32,000 nt of DNA from Fastidiosibacter lacustris. Its GTDB lineage: Bacteria > Pseudomonadota > Gammaproteobacteria > Francisellales > Francisellaceae. The notes beneath the pieces are model-generated. The model was not told the DNA's origin and searched no databases. It saw nothing but the letters and a program-made list of their open reading frames with translations. Position numbers and translations under genes: made by a program. The stretch is from NCBI RefSeq assembly GCF_003428155.1, contig NZ_QLIR01000003.1, positions 30,001 to 62,000 on the forward strand, given 5' to 3'. Of this stretch, positions 9,332 to 18,925 are shown piece by piece (within the stretch, counting starts at the first letter, position 1; every line of letters begins with the position of its first letter).

Positions 9332-10687
9332 ATGATTACGAATGAATATGTATTTGGTTGTAAGTATTATCCTTGCAATAACCGTAAAGTATTAACTTAT
9401 CTTAAAAACAAGTATAAAGGTCAATCAGGATTATATTTAAAAAAGCAACAGCAGTTTGTTGTTGCACCTAAAGGTGGAAAAATTATTATGACGGCCTTAT
9501 TGGCTTCACATTATAAGCATTTACTGATTGTGAGTGACCAAGTACCTGACATAGAGAATGATCAAGAATCAATTTGGATATGCCTTATCATCGCAGGTAA
9601 AGTATTGTCAATAGGGTCAAGTATTCCCTCATCAAATAAGAGTATTGATGCGGATGATATTGAATGTTCTGGCGATTTCTTTATGGAACCTGATTCCATA
9701 TCTGATTTCTTACCTCACATTATACATTATATAAAGAGCCTAGAAATATCTAATTTTAAAACTGTTATAGATATACGAGATCCTCAAAAATTAGCACAAC
9801 TGGGTGTGAGTAATGATGATTTAACTTCTAATTTATCTATGAGTAAACTCTTGAATGATATAAATCAGTGGAAGTCTTCAAGTAAAAATAAATACACATC
9901 GCATCTTATAAAACAAGAAAAGTCTAAGTTTGTAAAGTTCGTATTACCGATTACTTTTTTAGCTGTTTCATATTATGTGTATACATTATATGTAAAATAT
10001 GAAAATGAGCGCTTAGCTGAGATTGAAAGACAAAAACTTTTAGTTTTGAAAAAAGAGCAAGAAGCAAAAGAGCAGATAAGGCAATACAATCTTTTTATAG
10101 AACATCTGAATAAAGATATTGCTTATTATAATCTTTCGACTCTGATAGAAAGTTTACCAAAATTTGTATACTTGTCTGCAGGATGGTACTTAAGTAGTGT
10201 TGTTTTAAAGAAACCAAATTTCAAAACATATTCATTATTGTATAATAGAGAAGATTATTCAGGATTAGATTATGGTATCAAACTTTCTGAGGCGTTAGGT
10301 GCAATAAATAGGACACAATCACCAGATAATAGTCAAATTCTATTGGACATACTTGTGCAGAATAAAGTAGAGAGTTACAACCTAACAAAAGAAATGTTTG
10401 AAAACGTTACTGAGCGACAAATTCATTTAAATGATCTCATAACACAAATCCAAATTTCCAAACTTAGCTTTAGTATTTCACCAACTAAGCAAAAAGAACA
10501 AAACCGTTATTATAAAGAAGCATTGCTATTTAATGTTACAGGCAACTCCAAACTTGACTTATTAAAGCTACGACAAATATTGTCATCGAAGTACTTCGTT
10601 ATGTTTGATGGTATTAAAATTGAGTTCAATCCAAATGAAATTTCAGTAATTAATTCATTTACTTTCCAAGGAGTTATTTATGTTTAA
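9332..10687 (+). CDS. pilO: PilO-like type IVb pilus protein
   Basis: Gene order between secretin and PilP; N-terminal cytoplasmic domain, a single TM (FVKFVLPITFLAVSYYVYTLYV), then a coiled coil. ATG 9332 is preferred over the track's TTG 9317. Confidence 0.68.
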   Translation: MITNEYVFGCKYYPCNNRKVLTYLKNKYKGQSGLYLKKQQQFVVAPKGGKIIMTALLASHYKHLLIVSDQVPDIENDQESIWICLIIAGKVLSIGSSIPSSNKSIDADDIECSGDFFMEPDSISDFLPHIIHYIKSLEISNFKTVIDIRDPQKLAQLGVSNDDLTSNLSMSKLLNDINQWKSSSKNKYTSHLIKQEKSKFVKFVLPITFLAVSYYVYTLYVKYENERLAEIERQKLLVLKKEQEAKEQIRQYNLFIEHLNKDIAYYNLSTLIESLPKFVYLSAGWYLSSVVLKKPNFKTYSLLYNREDYSGLDYGIKLSEALGAINRTQSPDNSQILLDILVQNKVESYNLTKEMFENVTERQIHLNDLITQIQISKLSFSISPTKQKEQNRYYKEALLFNVTGNSKLDLLKLRQILSSKYFVMFDGIKIEFNPNEISVINSFTFQGVIYV

Positions 10688-11153
10688 GAAAAAACCTGTT
10701 GCTAGTATCTTATTGCTATCTACAGTCATTTTAGGCAATGCAAGTTCAACGCAAGAAGATATAGATTTTGATATTCAAAATCAAGTTATTCAAACTATTG
10801 GGCGATACAATCTTGAAACTCAGCTTGCTAAAGCAAAAACTGAGCTTTTTAGCCAAAAATTAAAACAAGAGCAAGTATCATCACAGTTAAAAAGTGCATC
10901 AACAACCATAGATCCATTCAAGAAAGAAGAAAAAAATCTGTATTCAGTACAAAAAATTTATGGTCTAGATGGTAACATGGTCGCATTAGTGGAGTTTCAT
11001 GACAGAATAGTTCCTGTTAAAGAAGGAGATATTATAGGCTCGGTAAAAATTAAAAAAATACAACCGGGATACGTAGTGCTGAGCGTTGGTAATGCGGAAG
11101 AGGAAAAAATAATTTATTTAGAACGGCAGTCTAAACCAGGTAATCAATTATGA
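10680..11153 (+). CDS. pilP: PilP-like type IVb pilus biogenesis protein
   Basis: Signal peptide, coiled coil, then the segment YSVQKIYGLDGNMVALVEFHDRIVPVKEGDIIGSVKIKKIQPGYVVL, typical of PilP proteins. Starts overlap its neighbours. Confidence 0.7.
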   Translation: MFKKKPVASILLLSTVILGNASSTQEDIDFDIQNQVIQTIGRYNLETQLAKAKTELFSQKLKQEQVSSQLKSASTTIDPFKKEEKNLYSVQKIYGLDGNMVALVEFHDRIVPVKEGDIIGSVKIKKIQPGYVVLSVGNAEEEKIIYLERQSKPGNQL

Positions 11154-12817
11154 TTATTCAAGAGTATAATGACTTGGCTGTAAAACCCAAACATATGTTG
11201 TTCTCAGAAATAATATCTGAGACAAATAAACGTAAGTTTGGCATATATACAACAAACCAGAATAAATTATTAGTTCTGATCAATAAAGATCACAGGCATG
11301 ATCAAAGTCTGTTAGAGCATATATCAGAATTGCGATTAAAGGCAATGAAGAGTGAGAATTTGGATAAGTCTATAACGATCACCGTTACAGAAAGTATTCT
11401 TGCTGAGGCAAATAAAAAATCTATTGATGAACGCGTTTATTCAAGCCAGAAGCTTGTTCGTGACTTTGATCATATTTTACAAGCTGCGATTCAACGTGGC
11501 GTGACAGATATTCACATCATCGTTACACCGTTAAAAGGATATGTTAAATTCAGACAATTTCGTGAATTATATGTATATCACACTTATGATCCAGAGTATA
11601 TGCACTCTTTAGTGAGTGCAATTTATAACGCTAAAGGAGAAGAGAGATCAAAGGATACAGAATTTAAACCTGAGGCGATACAACAGACTGTTATCGAGCG
11701 GTATATTGATCACAAAAGATATCGTATTCGTTTCGCTTCGCTTAATATTGAATCATCTGAAGGAGTTGTCGGTGATAATCAGGTTCGCTCATCTTACTTT
11801 ATTGCGATGAGAATATTACCAACAGAACAGCAGAGCATTAAAAGCTTAAAAGAACTTGGCTATAGTAACAAGCAGATAGAAAGACTTGAACATGCAATGA
11901 TAGCCGATTCTGGTTTGATTTTAACGGCTGGTGAGGTGAACTCAGGTAAATCGACTATGCAAGCGGCGATGCTGAAAAAAATACGTGCACTTTTTCCAAG
12001 CAAGAACATTGTCGAAGTCGGTTCACCAATTGAGTATAGTATTGAAGGTATTATACAACACCCAATTCACACAACGGTTGAAATGAGTGAGGCTGAGATG
12101 ACATTGGCGTATAGCCGTGCAATGGCACAGTTTTTGAGATCAGATGCTGAAATATTCTGTATTAATGAGATTAGAAACAAAGATACAGCCATTTTTACCC
12201 AAAGTGCGGTGCAAAGTGGCCACTTATTTATATCAACCATACACGCCCAAAGTGCACTACATATTATCAATAGGTTGGTTTCTTTGAATCTTGATCGCGA
12301 GATTTTATGCTCTCCCGGTTTTATCAGGTTACTTATTCATCAATCACTTGTTGCTATAGTCTGCAAACACTGTGCTATGAGTTATAAAGATGCAATACAA
12401 CTTGATAATTTTCAAGCTATTCTTGGTAGACTACACAAGATGTGTGAAATATATGGATTACATGAATCATCTCTTGAAAACCTAAAATTTAGAAATGGTA
12501 ACGGTTGTGAGCACTGCCATAAAGGGGTAGCTGGATTAACCGTTGTTGCCGAGATGGTTATGCCTACGGGTAAATTACTGACACTTCTTAACGACAATAA
12601 ATTCATTGATGCTTATTTATGTTGGCGGCATTCAGGGGAAAGAACATTGAAAGAAGATGCGATTCTAAAAGTGTTGAAGGGTCTTGTGTGTCCGACTTCT
12701 TTGGAACAAAGACTAGGTGCTATAGATGATACGCAAATGCTTGATTTATTAGATAGTCAGTTTATAAAAACAATTTTATATGATGCTGATATTAAGGAGT
12801 CATATAATGTTGTCTAA
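11150..12817 (+). CDS. pilQ: PilQ-like type IVb pilus assembly ATPase (GspE/PilB superfamily)
   Basis: Walker A GEVNSGKS (11930-11953); Asp/His-box-like regions; paired cysteines CKHC and CEHC; HLFISTIHAQSALHIINRL. ATGA overlap with pilP. Confidence 0.88.
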   Translation: MIIQEYNDLAVKPKHMLFSEIISETNKRKFGIYTTNQNKLLVLINKDHRHDQSLLEHISELRLKAMKSENLDKSITITVTESILAEANKKSIDERVYSSQKLVRDFDHILQAAIQRGVTDIHIIVTPLKGYVKFRQFRELYVYHTYDPEYMHSLVSAIYNAKGEERSKDTEFKPEAIQQTVIERYIDHKRYRIRFASLNIESSEGVVGDNQVRSSYFIAMRILPTEQQSIKSLKELGYSNKQIERLEHAMIADSGLILTAGEVNSGKSTMQAAMLKKIRALFPSKNIVEVGSPIEYSIEGIIQHPIHTTVEMSEAEMTLAYSRAMAQFLRSDAEIFCINEIRNKDTAIFTQSAVQSGHLFISTIHAQSALHIINRLVSLNLDREILCSPGFIRLLIHQSLVAIVCKHCAMSYKDAIQLDNFQAILGRLHKMCEIYGLHESSLENLKFRNGNGCEHCHKGVAGLTVVAEMVMPTGKLLTLLNDNKFIDAYLCWRHSGERTLKEDAILKVLKGLVCPTSLEQRLGAIDDTQMLDLLDSQFIKTILYDADIKESYNVV

Positions 12818-13949
12818 AATAACTAAATTAACTCAACGGCTTCAAACGGGATATCAAGCTATAGATGTCAGTAATGATTCTTTATATCCCAAAACAAAAG
12901 TTTATTTCTTAAAAATACAGCTATCGTCAACTAAGCGTATTGAGATTTATCAGACACTTGAAATGTTGATTAAAGTTGGTAGTTTTAACAATGCCTTAGA
13001 GCAAATTATCAGCTCTTATACCAAACATGCCAGAGCATTTCTAGAACCCAAGCAAGTGATTATAGATGTTTTAAAAGATGTCCAATATCGCCACGCTTCA
13101 TTGGGACTCAGTGCGGTAGAGGCTTTGTCACTTTATATTCCAAAGAGTGAGCAAATTATATTAAGCTCAAGTGACCAGATTACGTCAGAAGTATTGCAAA
13201 ATGTGATAGCAATCTCAAAGAGTTTAAATACATTAACACAAAAAATTTGGTCCAAGATGATCTATCCAATTATTTATATCTTTGGAATATTTGGCATGAT
13301 GTTTATTGTTCAGATTGGTTTAGTTCCGGTTATCGAATCTGCGGATGCAAGCAAAATAAGTAGCTCGACAAAAGCACTATTAATCATAAGTGAATGGTTT
13401 GTCAACTATTTCTTATGGATAGTGGCAACCTTATTGGCTTTGTTTGTTGCTATTTTTGTTAGTTTACCCAATTTAATCGGTTTAATACGTTTTAAGGTGC
13501 TTGACTATATTCCGCCATTTACGTTATACAAAAAAATATGCAGCATTCGTTTTATGATTTCCTTATCTCGCTTGCTGGGTACAAGTGGTGGGACACAAGC
13601 AAAGCCATTATCTTTAGCATTACGCAAAATTCAAAGCAATGCCAACAGGTATCTCAACATTTACCTGGAAAGACAGAAGCAATATCTTGCCGATGGATTA
13701 AGTGCAGGGGATATATTGGTGAAATCAAATATATTCCACCGTGAGTTGGCAACTTTGATTGAAATGTACGCAAAATCAAATCAGTTAGAGCGGGGACTAC
13801 ACATGATGGGTAATGAGTATTTTGAACAACAACTAGGGAGTATTGAAAGATCATTTAGTATCATTAATTTTATGTTTTTGCTTATGACAGGCGGTTTTAT
13901 TGTCTGGTTCTTAAGTGCAATGTTATCAGTTACCAGCTTATTTAGATAA
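12807..13949 (+). CDS. pilR: PilR-like inner-membrane platform protein (GspF/PilC superfamily)
   Basis: ATG 12807 with aaggag at 12794-12799; multiple TM segments and a duplicated T2SSF-like arrangement, following the ATPase. Confidence 0.8.
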   Translation: MLSKITKLTQRLQTGYQAIDVSNDSLYPKTKVYFLKIQLSSTKRIEIYQTLEMLIKVGSFNNALEQIISSYTKHARAFLEPKQVIIDVLKDVQYRHASLGLSAVEALSLYIPKSEQIILSSSDQITSEVLQNVIAISKSLNTLTQKIWSKMIYPIIYIFGIFGMMFIVQIGLVPVIESADASKISSSTKALLIISEWFVNYFLWIVATLLALFVAIFVSLPNLIGLIRFKVLDYIPPFTLYKKICSIRFMISLSRLLGTSGGTQAKPLSLALRKIQSNANRYLNIYLERQKQYLADGLSAGDILVKSNIFHRELATLIEMYAKSNQLERGLHMMGNEYFEQQLGSIERSFSIINFMFLLMTGGFIVWFLSAMLSVTSLFR

Positions 13950-13980
13950 ACGAAAATATTAACCCACGGAGGAAATAACA

Positions 13981-14553
13981 ATGAAATATATTAATCAACA
14001 ACAAACTCAGCATATCAATCTTAAAAAGCAGCGTGGAATCACCATGGTGGAATTGTTAATCGGTATCTCGGTGATTGCTATTATTGCCGTATTGATTTTA
14101 ACTTATGCATCAGGTCTATGGTCAGATGTAAAAGTTAAACAAACTAAGGATGCGGTAAGTACCATGTCCTCTAAATTAGTTGGAATATATGCTGCAACAA
14201 CCCCAGGATCAGCTGGAAGGTATGATGGTATCTCTACTGCCGATGCGTTTGACCTTGTTCCAAGCAATCTAATAAGGGGTACTGGTACTAATAGAGCGAT
14301 TATTACGCCATGGACATCGACTATTTCTACTTCTGAAATAACGGTTGCTCCATATAATAGCAATATCCAATTTGGAATTACTTTAACAGACATCCCTGCT
14401 AAAGCGTGTCGTGATATAGGTGCAGATTATCTGGGTGGTTATGCAGATGAGGTATTAGTTGGGACTGAAAAAGTTACTAAGGTATCAGAGTTAACTGCAA
14501 AGTGTAATGGTAATGATAATGGTAATGGAACTTTAGTGCTGGTATTCAGTTAA
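13981..14553 (+). CDS. pilS: Type IVb major prepilin (PilS-like)
   Basis: 19-aa basic leader and class III cleavage site KKQRG|ITMVELLIGISVIAIIAVLILTY with Glu+5. C-terminal Cys pair (KACRDIG...TAKCNG) consistent with a D-region disulfide. Confidence 0.85.
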   Translation: MKYINQQQTQHINLKKQRGITMVELLIGISVIAIIAVLILTYASGLWSDVKVKQTKDAVSTMSSKLVGIYAATTPGSAGRYDGISTADAFDLVPSNLIRGTGTNRAIITPWTSTISTSEITVAPYNSNIQFGITLTDIPAKACRDIGADYLGGYADEVLVGTEKVTKVSELTAKCNGNDNGNGTLVLVFS

Positions 14554-14559
14554 AATATT

Positions 14560-16023
14560 ATGAAAAAGCGTATATCTCAACAAAGTGGTTTTGTGATTGT
14601 GCCACTCTTAATTGCAGTGGCTGTCGTTGGTATTCTTTCCATTATGTATTACTGGAAGGTACAAGATGATCATAAAAAATTTGAAGCACAAATGCTTGGT
14701 AATCAGATAGCAGAATATATATCGGCTGTTATTGGTAAAGTTTCAGGAGATCGAGCTTTAGCAGATGATACTTACACAGGATTTGATTGGCTTAAGGCAA
14801 CAAATTGTAATGATCCTTTAGATCCTTCAACGGTTCCTGGCTACTTGACCTGTACTTTCTCAATTCATTCAAGATTACTTGGCAATCAAACTGAAAATAA
14901 TTTTCAAGTTATAGTAGATCCAGTCACTGAATCTCTTAACAACAATCCTACTGCACGCAGAAAGATTACTATTACATTGCCTACAGTACGCGAGCCAAAT
15001 GGTGGAGGCATTTCCATTTCACCCTACCTTGGTTCGGTTGTTTTTAATACAGCAAGAGCTCGTTATGGTGTGGGAACAAGTATGACCAATATTGAAGAAA
15101 CAGGGCACCCAGGAGCCAGTAAGCCTTCGATTGGGAATATGCCTGTTTATCATGGTATCGCTGAGTTTAAGTATAACAAAGCCACCGCACAAATAGAGGT
15201 CGAAAGTTTTGTTACCAATACAGATGGTATTTGGCTGCAAATTGATGGTACCAACTCTATGGTGGCAGACATTAGTTATAACAAACCGGCAAGTAACATA
15301 GAACAAACTTTCAGAAAACGAGGTATTGTTAATATTTCACGTATTGAAAACTTTAATAAGGAGGATGCGAATGAGCAGGAGGCACTTGATAAGCAAGGTC
15401 CATCAGTATCAGGTTATATCGGAACTAAAGATGAGCTAGAAGATTCAATGCGAATCAATGCTTCTAAAGAAATCTATATTGGTAATCAGGTAAAGGGGCT
15501 TCATGAGAAAACCACGAATGTGCATATTTATGATATGTATTTAGGCGCTATTTCTGAAAATCAAACTTTAGGGGATATGTTTAAAAATCAAGCCCCTACT
15601 TGTAAAACGCTTATAAACGATGGTCAGGTGATAACTACAAGAGGATCGAGTTATTACATGGATATGGAAGTTAAGTTTGGACCTAGTGGAAAGTCATATG
15701 TGGAAGTTTTTGGCTCTGCAAGACATGATGGTGATTATAACAATATTGCATTTCTTGAAGTTAGAACAACTAATAACTATACTGCATACCAAACAAATGA
15801 ATCTGCAGAATGGCATGGTGGAGTTATCGTGATTGCAGCAGTTATCAATTATCCTACTGGTTTTCATAAAGGAGGAATAACAATAAATCATAAAGACCTT
15901 TTTACTACTAGAATACCAAATAGCTCAGGTACGGAGCGAATTACGTTTACTACTCCTGGGGGAAGTCATATTGGTGGACTTAAAGCGATTGGAAATATTT
16001 ATTACTGTTCGATACCGTACTAG
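14560..16023 (+). CDS. pilV: PilV-like minor pilin, copy 1
   Basis: Prepilin-like N-terminus MKKRISQQSG|FVIVPLLIAVAVVGILSIMYYWKVQDD; long C-terminal region; follows pilS as in R64-type clusters. Confidence 0.72.
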   Translation: MKKRISQQSGFVIVPLLIAVAVVGILSIMYYWKVQDDHKKFEAQMLGNQIAEYISAVIGKVSGDRALADDTYTGFDWLKATNCNDPLDPSTVPGYLTCTFSIHSRLLGNQTENNFQVIVDPVTESLNNNPTARRKITITLPTVREPNGGGISISPYLGSVVFNTARARYGVGTSMTNIEETGHPGASKPSIGNMPVYHGIAEFKYNKATAQIEVESFVTNTDGIWLQIDGTNSMVADISYNKPASNIEQTFRKRGIVNISRIENFNKEDANEQEALDKQGPSVSGYIGTKDELEDSMRINASKEIYIGNQVKGLHEKTTNVHIYDMYLGAISENQTLGDMFKNQAPTCKTLINDGQVITTRGSSYYMDMEVKFGPSGKSYVEVFGSARHDGDYNNIAFLEVRTTNNYTAYQTNESAEWHGGVIVIAAVINYPTGFHKGGITINHKDLFTTRIPNSSGTERITFTTPGGSHIGGLKAIGNIYYCSIPY

Positions 16024-16024
16024 C

Positions 16025-17503
16025 TTGTTAAGCCAGCAAGGCTTTTCAATCTTTTCACTTCTTATTACTGTTTTGATTATGGGCATTCTTTTGTCTGGCT
16101 ATTACTGGAAAGTGCAAGATGATCAAAAGGGCATCGAAGCGAATACGTTAGGAAACCAGATTGCTGATTATGTGTCTGCCGTGATAGCCCGTGTTTCTCA
16201 AGATAGAAATCTTGATACCAATATCATATATTCAGGGTTTGGCTGGCTTAAGGCAGCTACATGCAATAGCGATGGCAGCGGTAACCCGCATGGTGGCTAT
16301 TTGCCGTGTGGTTATAAGATCAACTCGCGTTTATTAGGTGATCAAAGCGAATTAGATTTTACAGTGACTCTGACTGATTTTGTTGATCACTTGAATAATA
16401 ATCCAACGGCGCGCAGGCAAATTATGATTAGTATTCCTCAGATATATGAAACTAATCGTATAGATCTTTCAGCGCATTTGGGTGCGGTAGTGTTTAATAC
16501 GGCAAAGGCACGCTATGGACTTGGCACCCATATGACGAATATTAATGACACACATCTCCCAGGTCCAAGCATTCGTTCTGCGGCAAATGTAGCCACTCAT
16601 CATGGTATTGCAGATTTTAAATATAATAAAGAGACTGCAAAAATCGTCGTTGAAGCACTTGTTACCAATACTGATGGTATTTGGTTACAGATTGATGGTT
16701 CTAATTCTATGGTGGCAGATATCAGTTATAACAAACCCAATCCTCTAATAGAACATACTTTTAGTAAAAGAGGTATTGTTAATGTGGCAAGGGTAGAAAA
16801 TTTTAATGAAGTTGATAAAAAAATACAGGAATCATTAGATAAATTTGGACCCTATTTTTCAGGTTATACCGGGGATAAAACTAAAACATCGCTTGAAAAC
16901 TCGATGCGAATCAATGCCTCTAATAATATCTATTTAGGCAATCAGCATCGTGGTTTAAATCAAAAAAAGACGAATATTCACGTTTATGATCTCAACCTAG
17001 GCAGTATGGGAGGAGAGAATCTTCATGCACTTTTTAAAGGAACAACACCGGTTTGTAGAGAAATGCCTACTTTTCCGATTACTTTACCAGTATTGCTGCC
17101 AACAGGACCAAATGGTAAGGTGTTTGTGGTTTTTTCAGGTACGATTCGGCATTTATCTACGGCTTTTAGTGCATCTGCGACGTTATCGATGGTAGAAAAT
17201 ACAAGTATAAAGCCTGTCAATACTTATTCATCACCAGCAGTATTAAGTCCAGTACCACCAGTGCCTGGATTAGAGCTATTTCCAAATACAATCACTGTTT
17301 TTCATATGATGACATTGGATAAGCTAACCAAACCATTCGAGGCTTTAGAACTATTGATTGATAACAACTTAATTAATAATAGCAATTTAGTAGCTGACTA
17401 TTTTAAGAATATAAATGTTGCCTTATGGCTTCCTGTAATGTTTCCAATGCTAAATATGATCCCTGTCCCTGGAAGTTTTAGATATTGTTACACATCCCAT
17501 TAA
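16025..17503 (+). CDS. PilV-like minor pilin, copy 2 (paralogue of 14560-16023)
   Basis: SQQG|FSIFSLLITVLIMGILLSGYYWKVQDDQKG; extensive similarity to copy 1 up to ~residue 320, then divergent. TTG 16025 directly after the previous stop is the most plausible start; the track start 15971 (TTG) cannot be excluded. Confidence 0.68.
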   Translation: MLSQQGFSIFSLLITVLIMGILLSGYYWKVQDDQKGIEANTLGNQIADYVSAVIARVSQDRNLDTNIIYSGFGWLKAATCNSDGSGNPHGGYLPCGYKINSRLLGDQSELDFTVTLTDFVDHLNNNPTARRQIMISIPQIYETNRIDLSAHLGAVVFNTAKARYGLGTHMTNINDTHLPGPSIRSAANVATHHGIADFKYNKETAKIVVEALVTNTDGIWLQIDGSNSMVADISYNKPNPLIEHTFSKRGIVNVARVENFNEVDKKIQESLDKFGPYFSGYTGDKTKTSLENSMRINASNNIYLGNQHRGLNQKKTNIHVYDLNLGSMGGENLHALFKGTTPVCREMPTFPITLPVLLPTGPNGKVFVVFSGTIRHLSTAFSASATLSMVENTSIKPVNTYSSPAVLSPVPPVPGLELFPNTITVFHMMTLDKLTKPFEALELLIDNNLINNSNLVADYFKNINVALWLPVMFPMLNMIPVPGSFRYCYTSH

Positions 17504-17619
17504 AGGTATAAAAATGAAGGTTTTGGCTTCTTAGGAAAAGTGTGTTATAAGTGCTACAAATTTAAGTTTGTGAATGATTAAAACAAAAATAATAACAGCA
17601 GAGAAAGGAGATTTTAAAA

Positions 17620-18789
17620 GTGTCAAAACTAAAAATAAAAATGAAAACTACCATGCAAATGATGTTTTGTATTTTTCTTATTTTACCTTTCAATACCAGC
17701 ATGGCATCGTTGAGTGCTATTCCAACCGTTATTGTTGTACCTCAACCGATACAGCTGAATGCAAAAAGTTGGGTGTTAATGGACTTTGAAACAGGTGAAA
17801 TTATCAGTGAATTTAATATGAATGAACAACGTGCTCCAGCAAGCTTAACTAAAATTATGACGGCTTATGTGATTGCAAGTGAAATTCAACAAGATGCTTT
17901 AAAGCTGGATCAAAAAATCATAATCAGCAAACATGCTTCACAAAAGGGCGGCTCTAAAATGTTTATTAGAGATGGGGAGCAGATTACGGTTGAAAACTTG
18001 TTACGTGGAATGATGATTCAGTCAGGGAATGATGCCAGTGTTGCATTAGCCGAGTTTGTAGCAGGGTCGAGTGAGAACTTTGCTTTCATCATGAATAAAG
18101 TGGCAAAAGCTCTAGGGTTGAAAAATACCAATTTTGTTAATCCTGATGGTTTGCCGGCTGAAAATGAGCATAGTAGTGCATTTGATATGGCAGTGTTGAC
18201 TCGAGCATTTATCTATAATTACCCTGCGATTTACAAGTTGTATTCAGAAACCTCCTTTTCGTATAATAACATCACTCAACCAAACCGTAATCGTTTGTTA
18301 AAAAACTATGAAGGCACGGATGGAGTTAAGACAGGTTATACCAATAAAGCCGCTTATAATATCGTTGTATCGGCCAAACGTGATCAACAAAGACTTATCG
18401 GTGTAGTGATGGGGGCCCCCAGTGCATCGATTCGTGAAGCTGAAGCACAAAAACTTTTAAATTTTGGTTTCAGCAAATATACCAATTACACGGTTGCTAT
18501 TTCAGGCGATACGATGGAAATTGATGCAAAAAATATTATTAATGCCAAAAATAATCAAGTTCTAAAGCTTCAAACGCAAGAAACCATTACAAAAACTATT
18601 CCTAAGTCATTTGTGCCTCATATTAACAAAAAAATTATTCTGCTACCTGGATTGAAAGCACCTATTCAAAAAAATCAAAAAGTGGGTAGTCTCCACGTTA
18701 CTGCTGGTGATCACGTTATTACCGATATAGCGCTTTATGCTAGCAATGATCTAGCTGAGAAGAACTTTTTTAATAGATTATTTAGTTGA
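17620..18789 (+). CDS. dacA: D-alanyl-D-alanine carboxypeptidase (PBP5/6 family)
   Basis: GTG start with aaaggag upstream; motifs SLTK (SxxK), SGN (SxN) and KTG (DGVKTGYT); C-terminal PBP5-like domain. Confidence 0.9.
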   Translation: MSKLKIKMKTTMQMMFCIFLILPFNTSMASLSAIPTVIVVPQPIQLNAKSWVLMDFETGEIISEFNMNEQRAPASLTKIMTAYVIASEIQQDALKLDQKIIISKHASQKGGSKMFIRDGEQITVENLLRGMMIQSGNDASVALAEFVAGSSENFAFIMNKVAKALGLKNTNFVNPDGLPAENEHSSAFDMAVLTRAFIYNYPAIYKLYSETSFSYNNITQPNRNRLLKNYEGTDGVKTGYTNKAAYNIVVSAKRDQQRLIGVVMGAPSASIREAEAQKLLNFGFSKYTNYTVAISGDTMEIDAKNIINAKNNQVLKLQTQETITKTIPKSFVPHINKKIILLPGLKAPIQKNQKVGSLHVTAGDHVITDIALYASNDLAEKNFFNRLFS

Positions 18790-18925
18790 TGCTTTTCCTA
18801 GTTTAATGGTGTGAACTTGTTTTAGAAAAACTTTCTAAGACGGTCGTGGGTATATTTAAATAAAATAGTGCAGTTATTTCTATTAAGCTAAGAGCTTAAG
18901 TTCTTGTTTTGTATTGCTTAAGGCA

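Noticed and set aside
12067-15891. Minus-strand ORFs 12067-12270, 12412-12606, 13654-13854, 13781-13981, 14103-14393, 15019-15306, 15694-15891 and plus-strand 11616-11810, 13538-13744
   Set aside because: All are shadows of the pilus genes in other frames.
14560-17503. Classical invertible shufflon in the pilV region
   Set aside because: Both PilV-like genes are on the same strand and complete. No inverted sfx-like repeats or Rci-like tyrosine recombinase were recognised in the window.
17574-17789. 71-aa plus-strand ORF overlapping the start of the carboxypeptidase gene
   Set aside because: Overlaps the well-supported signal peptide and GTG start with aaaggag of dacA in another frame.
18411-18420. 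GGGGGCCCCC palindrome in dacA
   Set aside because: Striking in a low-GC genome, but it encodes the in-frame residues MGAPS; a single short palindrome within coding sequence is not sufficient evidence of function.
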